A stretch of 64,000 bases of DNA, taken from positions 19,470,001 through 19,534,000 of the forward strand of contig CM059433.1 in NCBI GenBank assembly GCA_030390025.1. The letters are read 5' to 3'. The notes under the pieces were generated by a model, which ran no database searches, had not been told where the DNA came from, and worked only from the letters and a program-made list of their open reading frames with translations. A program made the position numbers and the translations under genes. Every line of letters begins with the position of its first letter. Within the stretch, counting starts at the first letter, position 1. The DNA is from Squalus acanthias (Eukaryota). Shown piece after piece: positions 51,521-63,962 of this stretch.

Positions 51521-51858
51521 GAGAGAAGTCCAACTGGAGGCACATTAAGATGTTCCTGCAGAGGTCAGCGACAGCCGGCCTGGAGACGCTGGACCCAGAA
51601 AAGTTATTCTTGGCCTCTCCACCCTGTGGGCTGGTGTGATCTCCTCTGAGGAGCCCAACTGCTGCTTGGTGAGGCTGCCACTGCTTCACTTCCTCCACCA
51701 TCCAAATCAAAGTAGCTATAGGGCAACCATGATAAAGCTGCAAGAGCTTAAACAGTGTAAGTAAGACGAAGAAATCTCAGAAAGAAGCAACCTGGAACAT
51801 AATTGCCTGCAGCGGAGTGCCCCTTTAAATGGTACTTTGAGTGGCTCTGAAAGACCAT

Positions 51859-52599
51859 GGGCTGGATTTTGAATGACCCATGGAGTCGGGTTTGGAGGCG
51901 TGTGGGGGGTTAAATTTGCGGGGTCGGGGGTCCCGACCCCATCCCGCCTCCATGCAATTTTGACATAATCAGTCGTGGGGTTCCCGACTCCGTCCCGCCT
52001 TCAAGAGGCAGGAGAGGCCATTAAAGCCCTTAACAAGCTCTAAATTGGCTCTGTAATGCCATTTTGAAACGCTGTAGCTAGTTTAACCCTCTTCTGACGT
52101 GAAGCACGCCTGGTGTGAAACACTCCAGTGAAACCTGGTGGGAGTACAAGTGGATAGCTGACTATCGGCTGCAGGTCCACTATTACAACGGAGATGTGAT
52201 GAAGGTAGTAGTAGTATTAGGTCTGAACGTCGCCTCGCCTCTGATGCTGCTGCATTGAATGTCTTCAGAGACCTCTCTCTCTCTCTCTCTCTCTCTCCTC
52301 TTACTACACCCCCCCCCCCATCCCCCCCCATTTTTGCATCCAGGTCCACTCACATCAAAAGCCAGGCAGGTCCTCTCTCACCAACAGTCTCTGAGACTAG
52401 GCAGTCGGCAATGATGACATCATCAGAGGCGACCTTCAGACTGAAAACACTAATTAGTTCATGGGTTCCCACATGCTGGAACTCAATTGCCCAATTAAGT
52501 GAAAATTGCATCATTCATCCACATTAATCTGGAGTCGGGGGGGAAACACGAAATGCGGATTACACGACCCCAACCCGACCCCAAGACAAAATCCAGCCC
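51859..52599. mobile_element. Harbinger-type MITE
   Basis: Perfect 13-bp TIR GGGCTGGATTTTG; exact TSD CAT; about 52400-52599 is an inverted homolog of the left end of the 17481 element. Confidence 0.88.
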
Positions 52600-53521
52600 C
52601 ATGCCTGCTAGGTTTTACTATTGGGTTGGGCGTTGGGCGAGGCTTCGGTGATTTTGCATTAAAATCACATTGGGTTCCCCATGGTATCCCAAGACCCCGA
52701 TTTGTGTGCAGTCAGGAGGCCCCCATCTGTTATTAATGGGTGCCTCAGCTGATGAAAAAATGCGCACGGTTAAAATGAGAAAAGCAGCAGGAACAGGGAA
52801 GTAATTTTAGCATCGTGCCCACCCCATGCGCATCGTGCAGGGTGGGTTAAAATCGCCCCTTGACAGTCAAACCATCAAATTTTCCGTTCAGCCTTGGATA
52901 AGATGAAAATTCTCAGTCAAACCATCATCCTCTTATCCTCACACCATAATGTTTCTGATGCACAGTTTTGGTTTTTCTGCTCTGCCACATTCAAAATGCA
53001 CTGTAATTACAATTACACAATACCAGCAGTACTTTATTTAATCAACCATTTGTGTGCGTGTCTACTGCTTGTCACCATGGTGTTTCCCTCTTACTCATTC
53101 CTAACAAGGCTGACTGCAGGGGTGCCCGGTGCCCAGGCTTCTGGTTTGTGGATTGCTGCCACGCCATCCCAGCTCGGTATAGCAGCATGAACACCCATTC
53201 ACAAATGAAGGCACATTAAAATAAACAAGAAGAGAAGAGACCTCCAAATTTTAGCTTCTGAGTGGCATAATGGATTTCAACACTCTCAAATATTTATGAG
53301 CAGCGGATAAAGTCAAATGTCTGTGTCCATAAATGCTCAAAGGCAATTAACTCGATCAGCTTCTCTCATGGGGCTTCGACTGTAACTGCTCTTTTAATGC
53401 TGCTGCATCCTTTAAGGCCCCCAGAAGTGCTTGCACATCCAATGCCCTTTAGGCCTGCTCCCAGTAATGTGTTCCTTTGTGTGCTTGATGCATGGCTGGT
53501 ATACTATAATGAGGCCTGAGA

Positions 53522-55107
53522 TGGGGTGACCGTATTTCCTAAACTGAATCCAGGGACACATAGGGTGGGAGCACAGCAAAGCAGCCAGGACAGCAAATGT
53601 AGGCTGTGCAGCGTAGCGAGGCAACATTTTTTCGCAGCCTATATTTCAACAGTTGTACATATACACTACAAATGCAATACAAATGTGCATATCATTCCTG
53701 CGGATCTGACATCACATTATTGAAGCTGACCCCCCTTCCACCCAATTAATGAGGTCACACCTGACCCCCCTCCCCCCCCGTGACTGAGGTCACACCTGAC
53801 CCCTCACCCTCCCACTGACTGAGGTCACACCTGACCCCCCTCCCCCCCCAGTGACTGAGGTCACACCTGACCCCTCACCCTCCCAGTGACTGAGGTCACA
53901 CCTGACCCCTCACCCTCCCAATAACTGAGGTCACACCTGACCCCTCACCCTCCCAGTGACTGAGGTCACACCTGACCCCTCACCCTCCCAATAACTGAGG
54001 TCACACCTGACCCCTCACCCTCCCAGTGACTGAGGTCACACCTGACCCTAACCCCCACCGCCCCGATTGAGGTCAAACCTGGCCCCACCCTTCCCCCCCC
54101 CGCCCCAGGATTGAGGTCACAACTGACCCCGATCCCCATCCCCGCCGCGCCGCACCGCCCCGATTAAGGTCAAACCTGACCCCGACCCCCGCCCCCCCAT
54201 CCCAGGATTGAGGTCACCCCTGACCCCCCCATGTGACTGAGGTCACTCTGACTCTGACCCCGCCCCCCCAGTGACTGAGGTCACTCCTGACCCCGACCCC
54301 CCAGTGACTGAGGTCACTCCTGACCCCGAGCCCCCCCCAGTGACTGAGGTCACTCCTGACCCCAACCCCCCCACACACAGTGTTTAGGATTAATGTACTC
54401 ACCAACCAGTTCTCTGATCATAAATATTACACAGATGACCAAAGCTATCCACAGTCTCCTTTTAGCTTGATGTTGCTCTATTTGCTAATGTTCATGAGCC
54501 TTTTTATTGTAATGGCAATGGAAAGCCCCACTGGATTCGCTGACAGTCTCAGATGGGAGGTTTATCTCCAGTTCCAGATATGGATGTGAAAGGATGAGCT
54601 GTGGTTGATAGTGGATCAGGTCAGAGCTGTTATCTGTCAGTTTATTTCCAACACTCGAGCTCTGGGGGTCAACACAAGGATCAGAAACCAACCGCGAGGA
54701 CTCACTGGCGCTGCTGGGGCCGACTGTGCCTGCTGTGCTAATCGGGCGGGTGGCGGACCCTCAAGATGGCCGGGCCTCATTAGCATGCAGCCGGCCAGCT
54801 GCGAGGGCCAATGTGGCGCTCGGAGACAACTCGCTGGTCGGGGAAAGGAGGCAGGGATGCGGAAGGCGAAACCGGCCAAGTGTCCGATCCTGGGGTGTGG
54901 GAGATCGACAATTAGAGGGGAGGGGAGGGGAGAGCCTCAGAGCCACAAACTGACAGCTCAGATCAGGTGGGGTACACTCACTGCCCAGGGTTGCACTTTG
55001 GGGATGAGCCTTGTGAACCGGGACTCTTCCGGGGCCATTGTTTGTCTGGGGACACAGTCCCTAATCCGGGGACAGTCCCCGGAAAACAGGGACGTATGGT
55101 CAGCCTA
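53522..55107. mobile_element. Non-autonomous hAT (Blackjack-like) element
   Basis: TIRs TGGGGTGACCGTA / revcomp TAGGCTGACCATA (10/13); 8-bp TSD GCCTGAGA/GCCTGGGA (7/8); subterminal GGGACA repeats. Confidence 0.7.
53750..54371 (+). repeat. 35-bp minisatellite, about 17 units (GTGACTGAGGTCACACCTGACCCCTCACCCTCCCA)
   Basis: GAGGTCA recurs at 53751, 53786, 53821, 53857, 53892, 53927, 53962, 53997 and 54032, then in diverged units to about 54346. Confidence 0.93.
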
Positions 55108-55901
55108 GCCTGGGAGGAAGGTCAGGCACTGAGATGAAGGTTCTGGGAGGACACATTTCTGATGTTCTCCATCCAAATTGCACCGATGGAGCGCCAGAAG
55201 AGCACATTTGGCCCAATTGGTTCAAAGCAGAAGACACAATGACCACCTGAGCAATAAGTGTGACCATGTTTTAATGTTTATTTTTTTTTTGGCAGAACCA
55301 AAGAGATTTTCGTGGTATCAGCTCCTGATGCACGTGTCTCTTGCATCTACTAGCAACTCCAACGTAAACTTTCTAGACCAGTCGCCAGGAGTACGGGTAA
55401 AAGAACAAGCCTTCCTGGCGGTTTCTCTGAGTGAATCTGGCAAGTTTACATTGGGGTTGTCACAGGGCACATGAGACCCATGCATTGGGAGCAGATGGAG
55501 TAAGCTCCCCTCTAAGATCAATGTAAAAGCAGCTTGGATGCGCCTCCCACTGAGGGGAAGACTCCATTTGTGTCTCGTATAAGAAGTATTCAAAAAATAT
55601 GCCACTATACAGATGGTTACAGTCATCTCCCTTTGTGGCTTAAGGAGAAATTTTAGTTTTCTTGGAGGTTTGCCTGAGGTTATTTACTTTTCTGAATTGG
55701 TCAAGGTTCGTGACAATGCAAATTGGACATGGTCAGCTGGAAGGAATGTTGAATGGCCTTTCCACATTCCATGTTTAAGTTCTTCACTGAGCTTAGCATT
55801 AGCCCCATACTGTCCATAATTGGAAAAGGGATATATCAGAAAACTGCCAGCAGCCCCATTATCACTATTTACCAATATTGTTGGCTGTAACAAGGCTCTT
55901 A

Positions 55902-56522
55902 GGGGGAAAAATTGAGTGGCATCCCCTTTGGGGCGCTAACTTCACCAGGGTGCTACTTTTAGCGCCACAAAAAATTTGGCGCCCCCCCCCCCCGCGGCCA
56001 AAATTGAATGGTAGCGCCCCAAGAGGGAAGTGGGGCGCTACTGGAAGCACCCCACCTCCCTCTTGGGACACCGCGAGGGAATATCGCGGGGCTACGTGTG
56101 CTGGGGCACGTTGCGCCACGGTACGGCAGGCCTTCCTCCCCTTCTTAAAGGGGAGGGGCCTGGTGCAGCACGTCCCGGCACCCAGCTGAGCCACCAGGGA
56201 TCGGGAGTGCCGGCAAACGAGCCCGGCACTCAAGAGGAGTGCCGGGCTCACGGAGAGCAGCCGGCACCCCGTGGGAGGGGCTTCACGGGGGCCTGGGACA
56301 GCAACGGGGGCAGGTGCTGGCAGGCGGCCAGCAACAAAAATGGCCGCCTGCCACCTCCCCTTTAACTAGCGCCGCCCTGGCCGCAGGTAGGCCCCCTTGA
56401 CCCCGTTGGACGTAGCATCTGGCGGTAAGTCGGGGAGTGCCAACGAAGATCACGGCCGGGGCACGAGCGTGGCGCTGCGCACGGCGATGACGGGAGGCGC
56501 AAAGCAACCGAATCTTTCCCCC
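55902..56522. mobile_element. Harbinger-type CpG-rich MITE
   Basis: TIRs GGGGGAAAAATT / revcomp GGGGGAAAGATT; exact TSD TTA; homologous to 27765-28303. Confidence 0.88.
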
Positions 56523-56807
56523 TTAGTTATTACCAAGATAATGTTTATCCCAGTGCACGGTTTTGTAACTTTCATTGGAAAAAAATATATACTGTGTACA
56601 TTATTTTATGAAGTCACTGTACAATTTTGCCACATGGTACTTACAGGAGAATACACAGATACATTGGGATCGCCAGTACAGTTGTGCACATGCTGGAAAC
56701 AACACACTGTTTGGGATCAAAGGGTCCCTGTGATTTGATTGGCTCAAAGGGGTATCAAAGGTTCTACCCACATAGAGAGATGTGTTGCCTGACTGGGCTA
56801 TTGCCTT

Positions 56808-57560
56808 TAAGGAACATAGGAACAGGAGTAGGCCATTCAGCCCCTAAAGCCTATTATGCCATTCAATTAGATTGTAGACGATCTATATCTCAACTCCATT
56901 TGCCTGCCTTTGATCCATATCCCTTGATACCCTTAGCTAACAAAAGCCTATCAATCTTAGTCTTGAAAATGTCAATTGACCCAGCATGCACAGCCTTCTG
57001 GGGAGAGAGTTCCAGTTTTCCATTACCCTGTGTGTGAAAAAGTGCTCCCTGATTTCACCCCTGAATGGCCTAGCTCTAATTGTAAGATTGTGCATCCTTG
57101 TTCTGGATTTCCCCACCAGAGGAAATAGTTTCTTTCTATCGACCTTATCGAATCTTTTTCTCATTTTACCTTAACACCTCGATTGGATCAACCCTCAATC
57201 TTCTATACCCAAGGAAATACAAGCCATGTTTATGCAATCTGCCCTCATAATTTAAGACCCGTTATCATTCTGGTGAATCAGCATCAAATGTCTTCTGGAG
57301 GTCCATATAAGCAACATCCATCAATACTTCCTTATCCACCACGTTAGTAACTTCCTCAAAAACCTTAACTAGATTAGTCAGACATGACCTACCCATCACA
57401 AATCCATGCTGACTCTCTTTAATACTTTCATACTTGTTCAAGTGCTCAGTCACATTGTCCCAAATGATAGATTCCAGTAACTTCCCCACAATTGATGTTA
57501 AACCGACAGGTCTGTAGTAACCTGGTTTCTTCCTCCCTCCCTTCTTAAATAATGAGTGAC
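56808..57560 (-). mobile_element. CR1 fragment with internal deletion
   Basis: SQHGFVMGRSCLTNL...YMDLQKTFD joined to the C-terminal FFTHRVMENWNSLP segment and 3' tail. Confidence 0.88.
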
Positions 57561-59378
57561 ATATTTATCCAACAAACAAAAAAAAGTCTAACAGCCAGGC
57601 TGGGAAGCTGTCATTTTTCTTAAAACACCAAGTAAATAAAATTTGCATTTGAAGAGGTTTAGCAAATTGTTATATAATTAAAACTAGCTAACCCTTGGAC
57701 ATTGATGTAATGTGCATCATCAATTACCTACATATTCGCAGAGCATGGCTGCTTTCAGTTGTCAAATTGAATGGAATTCTGGGCAGGGGCACATATTTCA
57801 ATGTGTGTACAGTCTGTTACTCGCAGGACCCTGACAGCGATGGTAAGAAAATCCATTTGCGTTTGCCCCATTGTCTCAGTTGCCTGGCTTGCGTTGTTCC
57901 ATACAGCAGACTGATGGAGCTCTGCCATACCACCCCTTGGCTCTTGAAATATGTCCGAGTAATAGAAGGTGAGAGTATTGGCCGCAAGGCTGCGCTCAAG
58001 ATAGATCCTGCTTTGAAATCAATCCACAACTCGCAGGTTAAGAACTGTTTGATATGACAACAAAATCTCTGGAGACATCGATTGTTTGTCAGGCCAAGAA
58101 CACATAATTTGGACTGATTTGCACCTGAACAGAATATCTCCTCCCGCCTTCCTTCTCTCTGGCACATCAAATTAACATTCATGGAATACAGAATCTTCCT
58201 GTCCTTGTGCAGCAGTTACCCTGCTAAGGCTTAGACATGACTCAAATACTTAAACGGAACTACCAGCAGTAAGATTAGACAAATGGAAAGAAACTTCTGA
58301 CGTTTTCATACGAAATACAAACAAAAAAGCTGCTATCTTCTTGGACTCTTTTGCACTCCTGCTTCAGCCATGAGCCTTGTAAGAAAGCAGAAAGTTATGC
58401 ACTCTTGGGAGAGAGGCAGGTAGATGATTTGTTGTTTTCCAAGCATCGCATATGTCACAGCAGGTGTAGTGTTGAAATGTGTCACCCTCTCTGCTCTGTT
58501 TGATCAGTGTGACGGCACTGCTTTTTATGGAAAGGTTTGTGTCATTGCCTCCAGGATGGCAATGCACAGAGCATGCACAAAACTGACTGCTGTGAGTCCA
58601 CATTGATCAATGTGATTTTTGAGCCCCTTCCCCCCTCGAGCATTGTTTATTTGACATCTCTGCGTTGTTGATACTTTCTTTTTTAAATATTGGGCAACCC
58701 AACATCAAAATGTAGCCGCAGGCAACTGTAACATCTGTGACAAGGACAGATGTGCCATACATTTGACTCGAGCGACTGCTGCGAGTTCAGAGGTCTTGGA
58801 GAAATGGTACCGTGTGGGACAAACAAGCTTTGTACCAAAGCAATATTTCCAATTTCCATGCCAGCCATTCTAAGTGGGAATGACAGTATAGGTCAAATTA
58901 GTAACGAATTTAAAGCTGTACAAACTAAAGGTTCTCACATAAGGAGCCCGAGAGTTTTCCGGAAGGGGTTTATCCCATCAGTTTGTGCTGGACCTGAACT
59001 CAGGCCCCAAAAGGGAAAGGAATAGTGGCCTAACCCACTGGCGACTAAATGAGATCAAAATAACGGGAACAGAGTAATTAAGGTTTTGGGAGGTGGTGCA
59101 CTCACCAGCAGTAAAAGTGAGTGTAAGTGTGCCATTACTCTACCTTGGGCTGCAATGATATTAGTATGACCTGAAACAGATAGACAGGGGCCTGAGAACA
59201 TTCTGTACTGTTGTAACTCTGCAGCTTCCTTTGCGCTCGCCATCTAAGAGAAAGCAGACCCCCGAGCAGTAAGGAAATTGCTGAATTTGCTGTGAACGGC
59301 GACGTAATTGCAAGGCAAATTGTGCCATTGCACGCTTACTTCGAAGTGTTAAAGATGTATTTATTTGGAAGGAGTTGA

Positions 59379-59877
59379 GGGCCCGATTTTAACTCGGGGT
59401 CAATTATTGGCAGGTGAGTTTTGTAACGGTTCAAAACTATCTCGCTCCGGCAAAAATGAGGCCTGGGATATTTTAACTCCCAGGCCTCATTTAAATACCA
59501 CCGGCTAACTTCCCACCCGTTCAGACCGGGAAGTGGTGAAAATGTGCACAGCCCGGAAGGACGTCTGCCAAGTCCGGATTGCCTTAAGCTCACCGTTTTT
59601 GGGGCCTCTTCTGGCTCCAATCTCATTCCTCACTAGGTAGGCCTGGCAGGAACATCACTGCTGTTTCCCACTCAGGCCTACCAGTAAAGATTGCAGTCGG
59701 GTCCCGGTGACATCATCAGGACCCGACATGCATGTGCGAGAAAGGACCCCGCTTGCTTTGGGCAGGTGTCCTTGCTGCCTGCAAAGCAAATCCTAGCAGG
59801 TCAGCTCCCGGACTTGAAGGATTTTAACTACCCACCTGCCTGGTTTCTGCCTGCTGGGTAGGATTTAAATCACTCCC
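59379..59877. mobile_element. Degenerate Harbinger-type MITE
   Basis: TIR-like GGGCCCGATTTT / revcomp GGGAGTGATTTA; TSD TGA/TAA (1 mismatch). Confidence 0.55.
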
Positions 59878-61451
59878 TAAAAGTTTCAGACAGAAGAATG
59901 AAGTTGGTTAGATTTCCTAAGTTGTTACATCACAATATAAATGAATAAAACAAAACAAAAAATTCCTCCAATAAAACAAATATTGTTCTTCCTCTCATCC
60001 ATTACTACCTAACAAGAAGCAGGCAGATGATTTGCTTCAAGGCCATTGCCAATGCTCTTCTGTTACGCGTGAGAAGAATTGAGATAATTTCAACCTCTTG
60101 TTTTTTTTTCCTTCTCTGCACTCACTCTGAATTTCAAATTCACACAGCACTGCATCAGAAACCACTTCACATACAATGCTGTGACGTTATGTTATGTGAG
60201 CCATTTTTGCACACAGCATGATCCCACCAGCGGCAGCAAAGACCACTGAATAATCGAGGTTTTTTTTTTCTGTACTCTTCAGTTTTTATTGGCTGTACCT
60301 TTGTATGTGCAGGAGGGAATAGGAGCTGCAAAAGAAATGCCATCAGAGAAATTTACTATCAGAGTCTGTAAGCCCCGATTTTAACTTGGGGGTGGGTGGG
60401 TAGAAAACTCCCACTGGCAGTTGAGCATGAGGTGCCACTTTAACTCCTGGGACTTATTAGAATATCATGGACGGGCTGCCCTCCCGATTGCCTGCAGAAT
60501 TGAGCAACATTTCCATTCACCAGAGTCTGTGAAAATTGGGCCTCGCACCCAACACTCCTTTTTACCGACACTCCCCACTCTTTTCTGCTCCCACTCCTCC
60601 CTCCCAATCCTTCCCAAGTGGTGGTGGCCTTTCCACCCCCCCTCCCCCACTCGCTGCTGCCTCCTGGAGCCTCTCCCCGCCCTCACCTCCCTTCTCCCCA
60701 GGCTGAGCAGAGGCGGCCTTCATCTCTGCCCACTCCTGCTGCCTCTTGCTGCTCTTACTCCGAGTGCTGATGCCTTTTCTCCACTTCCTGTTGCTAACTC
60801 ACCCCTGCGCCCATGGTATTCCAAGCATTGACCCGGGAATCTGCTTTAAGTTCTTTAAAGTGCTTATTGCCTTTTTAGTAAAAGTGTACTAAGTGCTTCA
60901 AAAAGCTTAAATCCGGTTCCTAGATCATGGCCAGGAACATGGCCACAGGGTCCTTAGAGGAGCTGGGGCGGATGTCCAACAATGCCTTGCATGGCACTGA
61001 GCCACATCTTAGTTACTTAAGTGCATGGTGCACTTATACTATAATTGCCAACATATAGTCAGCAATTACTATATAAATGCCTATGCACTTTAAATAACGC
61101 AAACATGGTTCACAGCTAGGTGCTGGGAAACTACTGCAATAAAAACTTATGGGGTGGGAGGGATTGATGAAGACTTACAGCTGTTGTTCTCCTGCCCTAC
61201 CTTCCCCACAAAAATGCTACAAGCCCCTTCAATACTGACACATCCCAGGCCCCTTCCCCAATAGTTAACGATCCTACCCGCCCCGCCCCCCAATCCTCCC
61301 AGAGCTCAAAACCCTATCTTCCCATACTCTCAGAATCACTCCCCAGTACGCTCACATTCCACGACTGCCCCAGCTCCCAAATCCTGACACACCCTTCCAG
61401 TTGGCCTCAGGACCCACACACAGGTCGCCCAGCAATGCTCCCAAATCCCAT

Positions 61452-62780
61452 GGGATGAATTTTGCCGGCGCTCAGAGTGCGGGTTTGGAGGCGGGTCCGC
61501 TGTCAAAATCGAAATGATTGACAGCGGGTTGGGAGCCCGCTCCGACCCCACCTCCATGTAAGTTTCCAAAGTGTCGGGTCTGTGATTTCAGAAGAGACCC
61601 GACACCAAGCGGCGGGGGAGGTATTTAAGATAGTTAAATGCCTGTTAAACGCTTGTTAACTACTATTTTTCCAGTCTATTTCTATTTTACCACTTTTTTA
61701 ACAAGGTTCACGTCGTTCGGAGATCACGTCAGGTAAGTAGGTCGGGTTCTCTATGTCTCCCCATTGCTGTGAATAGGTGACAGCTGCAAAAGTGGCATAA
61801 AAGCATCCATTTCACAGCTGGTCACTTTCCAATGTCAGAAGCTTGAGCCTTCAGGACTTGGAAGACACTTTTGAGCTGTATGCAGTTTGGAAGTGTTTGG
61901 AGTAAACTCTCTATCCACTGTCACCTCCTTGGAGCAAGCTCTCTCACCATTGACAGATCTGTCCAATAAGGTAAAGTGTTGAAAACATAGATTTCAATGT
62001 TTAACAACACATTAACAGAAAATTTGCATGAACATTGCATAAAACACCCAAGTGGCTTCCCTTGTGTGTTGTTAGTTGGTATGATTGGACTAGGATGAGG
62101 GTGAGTGTGAGGGGTGGCTAGTGAGATGGGGAAGTGATAATGTAGATAGAGAGGGATGGGTGGAGGTGCAAGGTAAGTTGGTGTGAGTAAGGATGTGCAG
62201 GAGTACTGCAGGGGAGGCAGAGTGAAGGGGATGTGATGAGTGGCACAGCAGGATGAGGTTGAGTGTGGCTTTGCACTAACGTTTCGTGATCTACTGAGAT
62301 CAATGAAAGGTTTGCGTCACTGCAGCCTGGTCCTCCTGACAACTATCCCTGCTTGTGTCCTCCTGTGCAATGTGCAACCAGGCTGCGTTGGTGTCCTGGG
62401 AAGGTCTCTTCCGCCCATGGGAAGGGAAGAGGATCTCCCTGTGTGCTGTGACTCTCTCGATAAGCATATGGAGGGAGTCATGCGGGAGCCTGGGTGCAGC
62501 CGTGCACCTTTGTGTAGTGCTTGTCAGTATTTGCAGCACCTCAATGCTGTAGAACACTGACAGAACAACTGTCAAAATGAATTTGGACATGGCCCCTTTA
62601 AGGAAAATGACGTCATCAGACCTGTTTCCTATTAATTGGCCGGGAACCTTGCAGGGCGGGCTTAACAAGCCCAATCAGGGGAAAATCCTATTCGCAGAGC
62701 GGCTGGAGCCGGGAGCAGGACCGGGACCCGCCAACCACCTCTCCCGCCGCGATTCCGCCTCTGATGGTGAAATCACGGCC
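61452..62780 (-). mobile_element. Harbinger derivative with a Myb exon 1 remnant
   Basis: Imperfect TIRs GGGATGAATTTT / revcomp GGCCGTGATTTC; exact TSD CAT; APRLPHDSLHMLIERVTAHREILFPSHGRKRP...AWLHIAQE on the minus strand. Confidence 0.75.
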
Positions 62781-63278
62781 CATTTCTCTGCCTACTGCCC
62801 ATTCATCTCCTAGACTAAAGGGATATTGGAACAGGGCAAGCACATGGGATTACGGCTACTGCTCGTGTGAGGGATAAACACCAACATGGACTGGTTGAGC
62901 TGAATGGCCTTTTTTGTGTTGTAATTTCTATGTAATTATATGTCCCAGGAACCCCACCCCCTTGCAATGGTCCCAGACCCGTGCAACCCTTCCCCCAATG
63001 TTGCCTGCCCCTGGGATTGCTCTTCCAGCATTTCCACATCCAGCAAAACATTTCCCCAATTTCATTACAGTGCTCCAACACTTCAGGACCATCCTGTCAC
63101 CAACGCCACAACCAGGCAACTCCCACCACTTCTACACTTCTAGCATACCACTCCCAGACCTTAAAGCCTGCACCTGCTACTCCCAAATCCAAGGACTCCC
63201 CTCCCTAATAGTCCCAAACCCAACAGGCTCTGCTCTCACACCCCAAAACCCCTTTCTGACTGCTTTCATATCCCTCGA

Positions 63279-63962
63279 CATGAAACACAAAAAGTTAGCA
63301 TGCAGGTACAGCAAGTAATTAGGAAGGCTAATGGAATGTTGGCCTTTATTGCAAGGGGGATGGAGTATAAAAGTAGGGAAGTTTTGATGCAACTTTACAG
63401 GGCGCTGGTGAGACCGCACCTGGAGTACTGCGTACAGTTTTGGTCTCCATATTTAAGGAAGGATATACTTGCATTGGAGGCAGTGCAGAGAAGGTTCACT
63501 AGGTTGATTCCTGGGATGAAGGGGTTGACGTATGACGAAAGGTTGAGCAGGTTGGGCCGATACTCATTGGAGTTTAGAAGAATGAGAGGTGATCTTATTG
63601 AAACATATAAGATTCTGAGGGGGATTGACAGGGTGGATGCTGAGAGGATGTTTCCCCTAGTGGGGGTATCTAGAACTAGGGGGCATAGTCTCAGAATAAG
63701 GGCTCGCCCATTTAAGACGGAGATGAGGAGGAATTTCTTCTCTCAGAGGGTCGTGAATCTTTGGAATTCTCTACCCCAGAGAGCTGTGGAGGCGGAGTCA
63801 TTGAATATATTCAAGGCGGAGATTGACAGACATTTGAACGACAAGGGAGTCAAGGGGTATGGGGAGAGAGTGGGAAAGTGGTGCTGAGGCCAAGATTGGA
63901 TCAGCCATGATCTTATCGAGGGGCCGATTGGCCTACTCCTGCTCCTGTTTCTTATGTTCTTA
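63279..63962 (+). mobile_element. CR1 3' fragment with an uninterrupted ORF2 C-terminus
   Basis: 195-aa open frame QVQQVIRKANGML...LVRPHLEYCVQFWSP...WNSLP; TTCTTATGTTCTTA tail. Confidence 0.95.

Noticed and set aside
53750..54371. CRISPR-like repeat-spacer array
   Set aside because: The spacers are near-identical low-complexity C tracts, the context is eukaryotic, and there are no cas genes.
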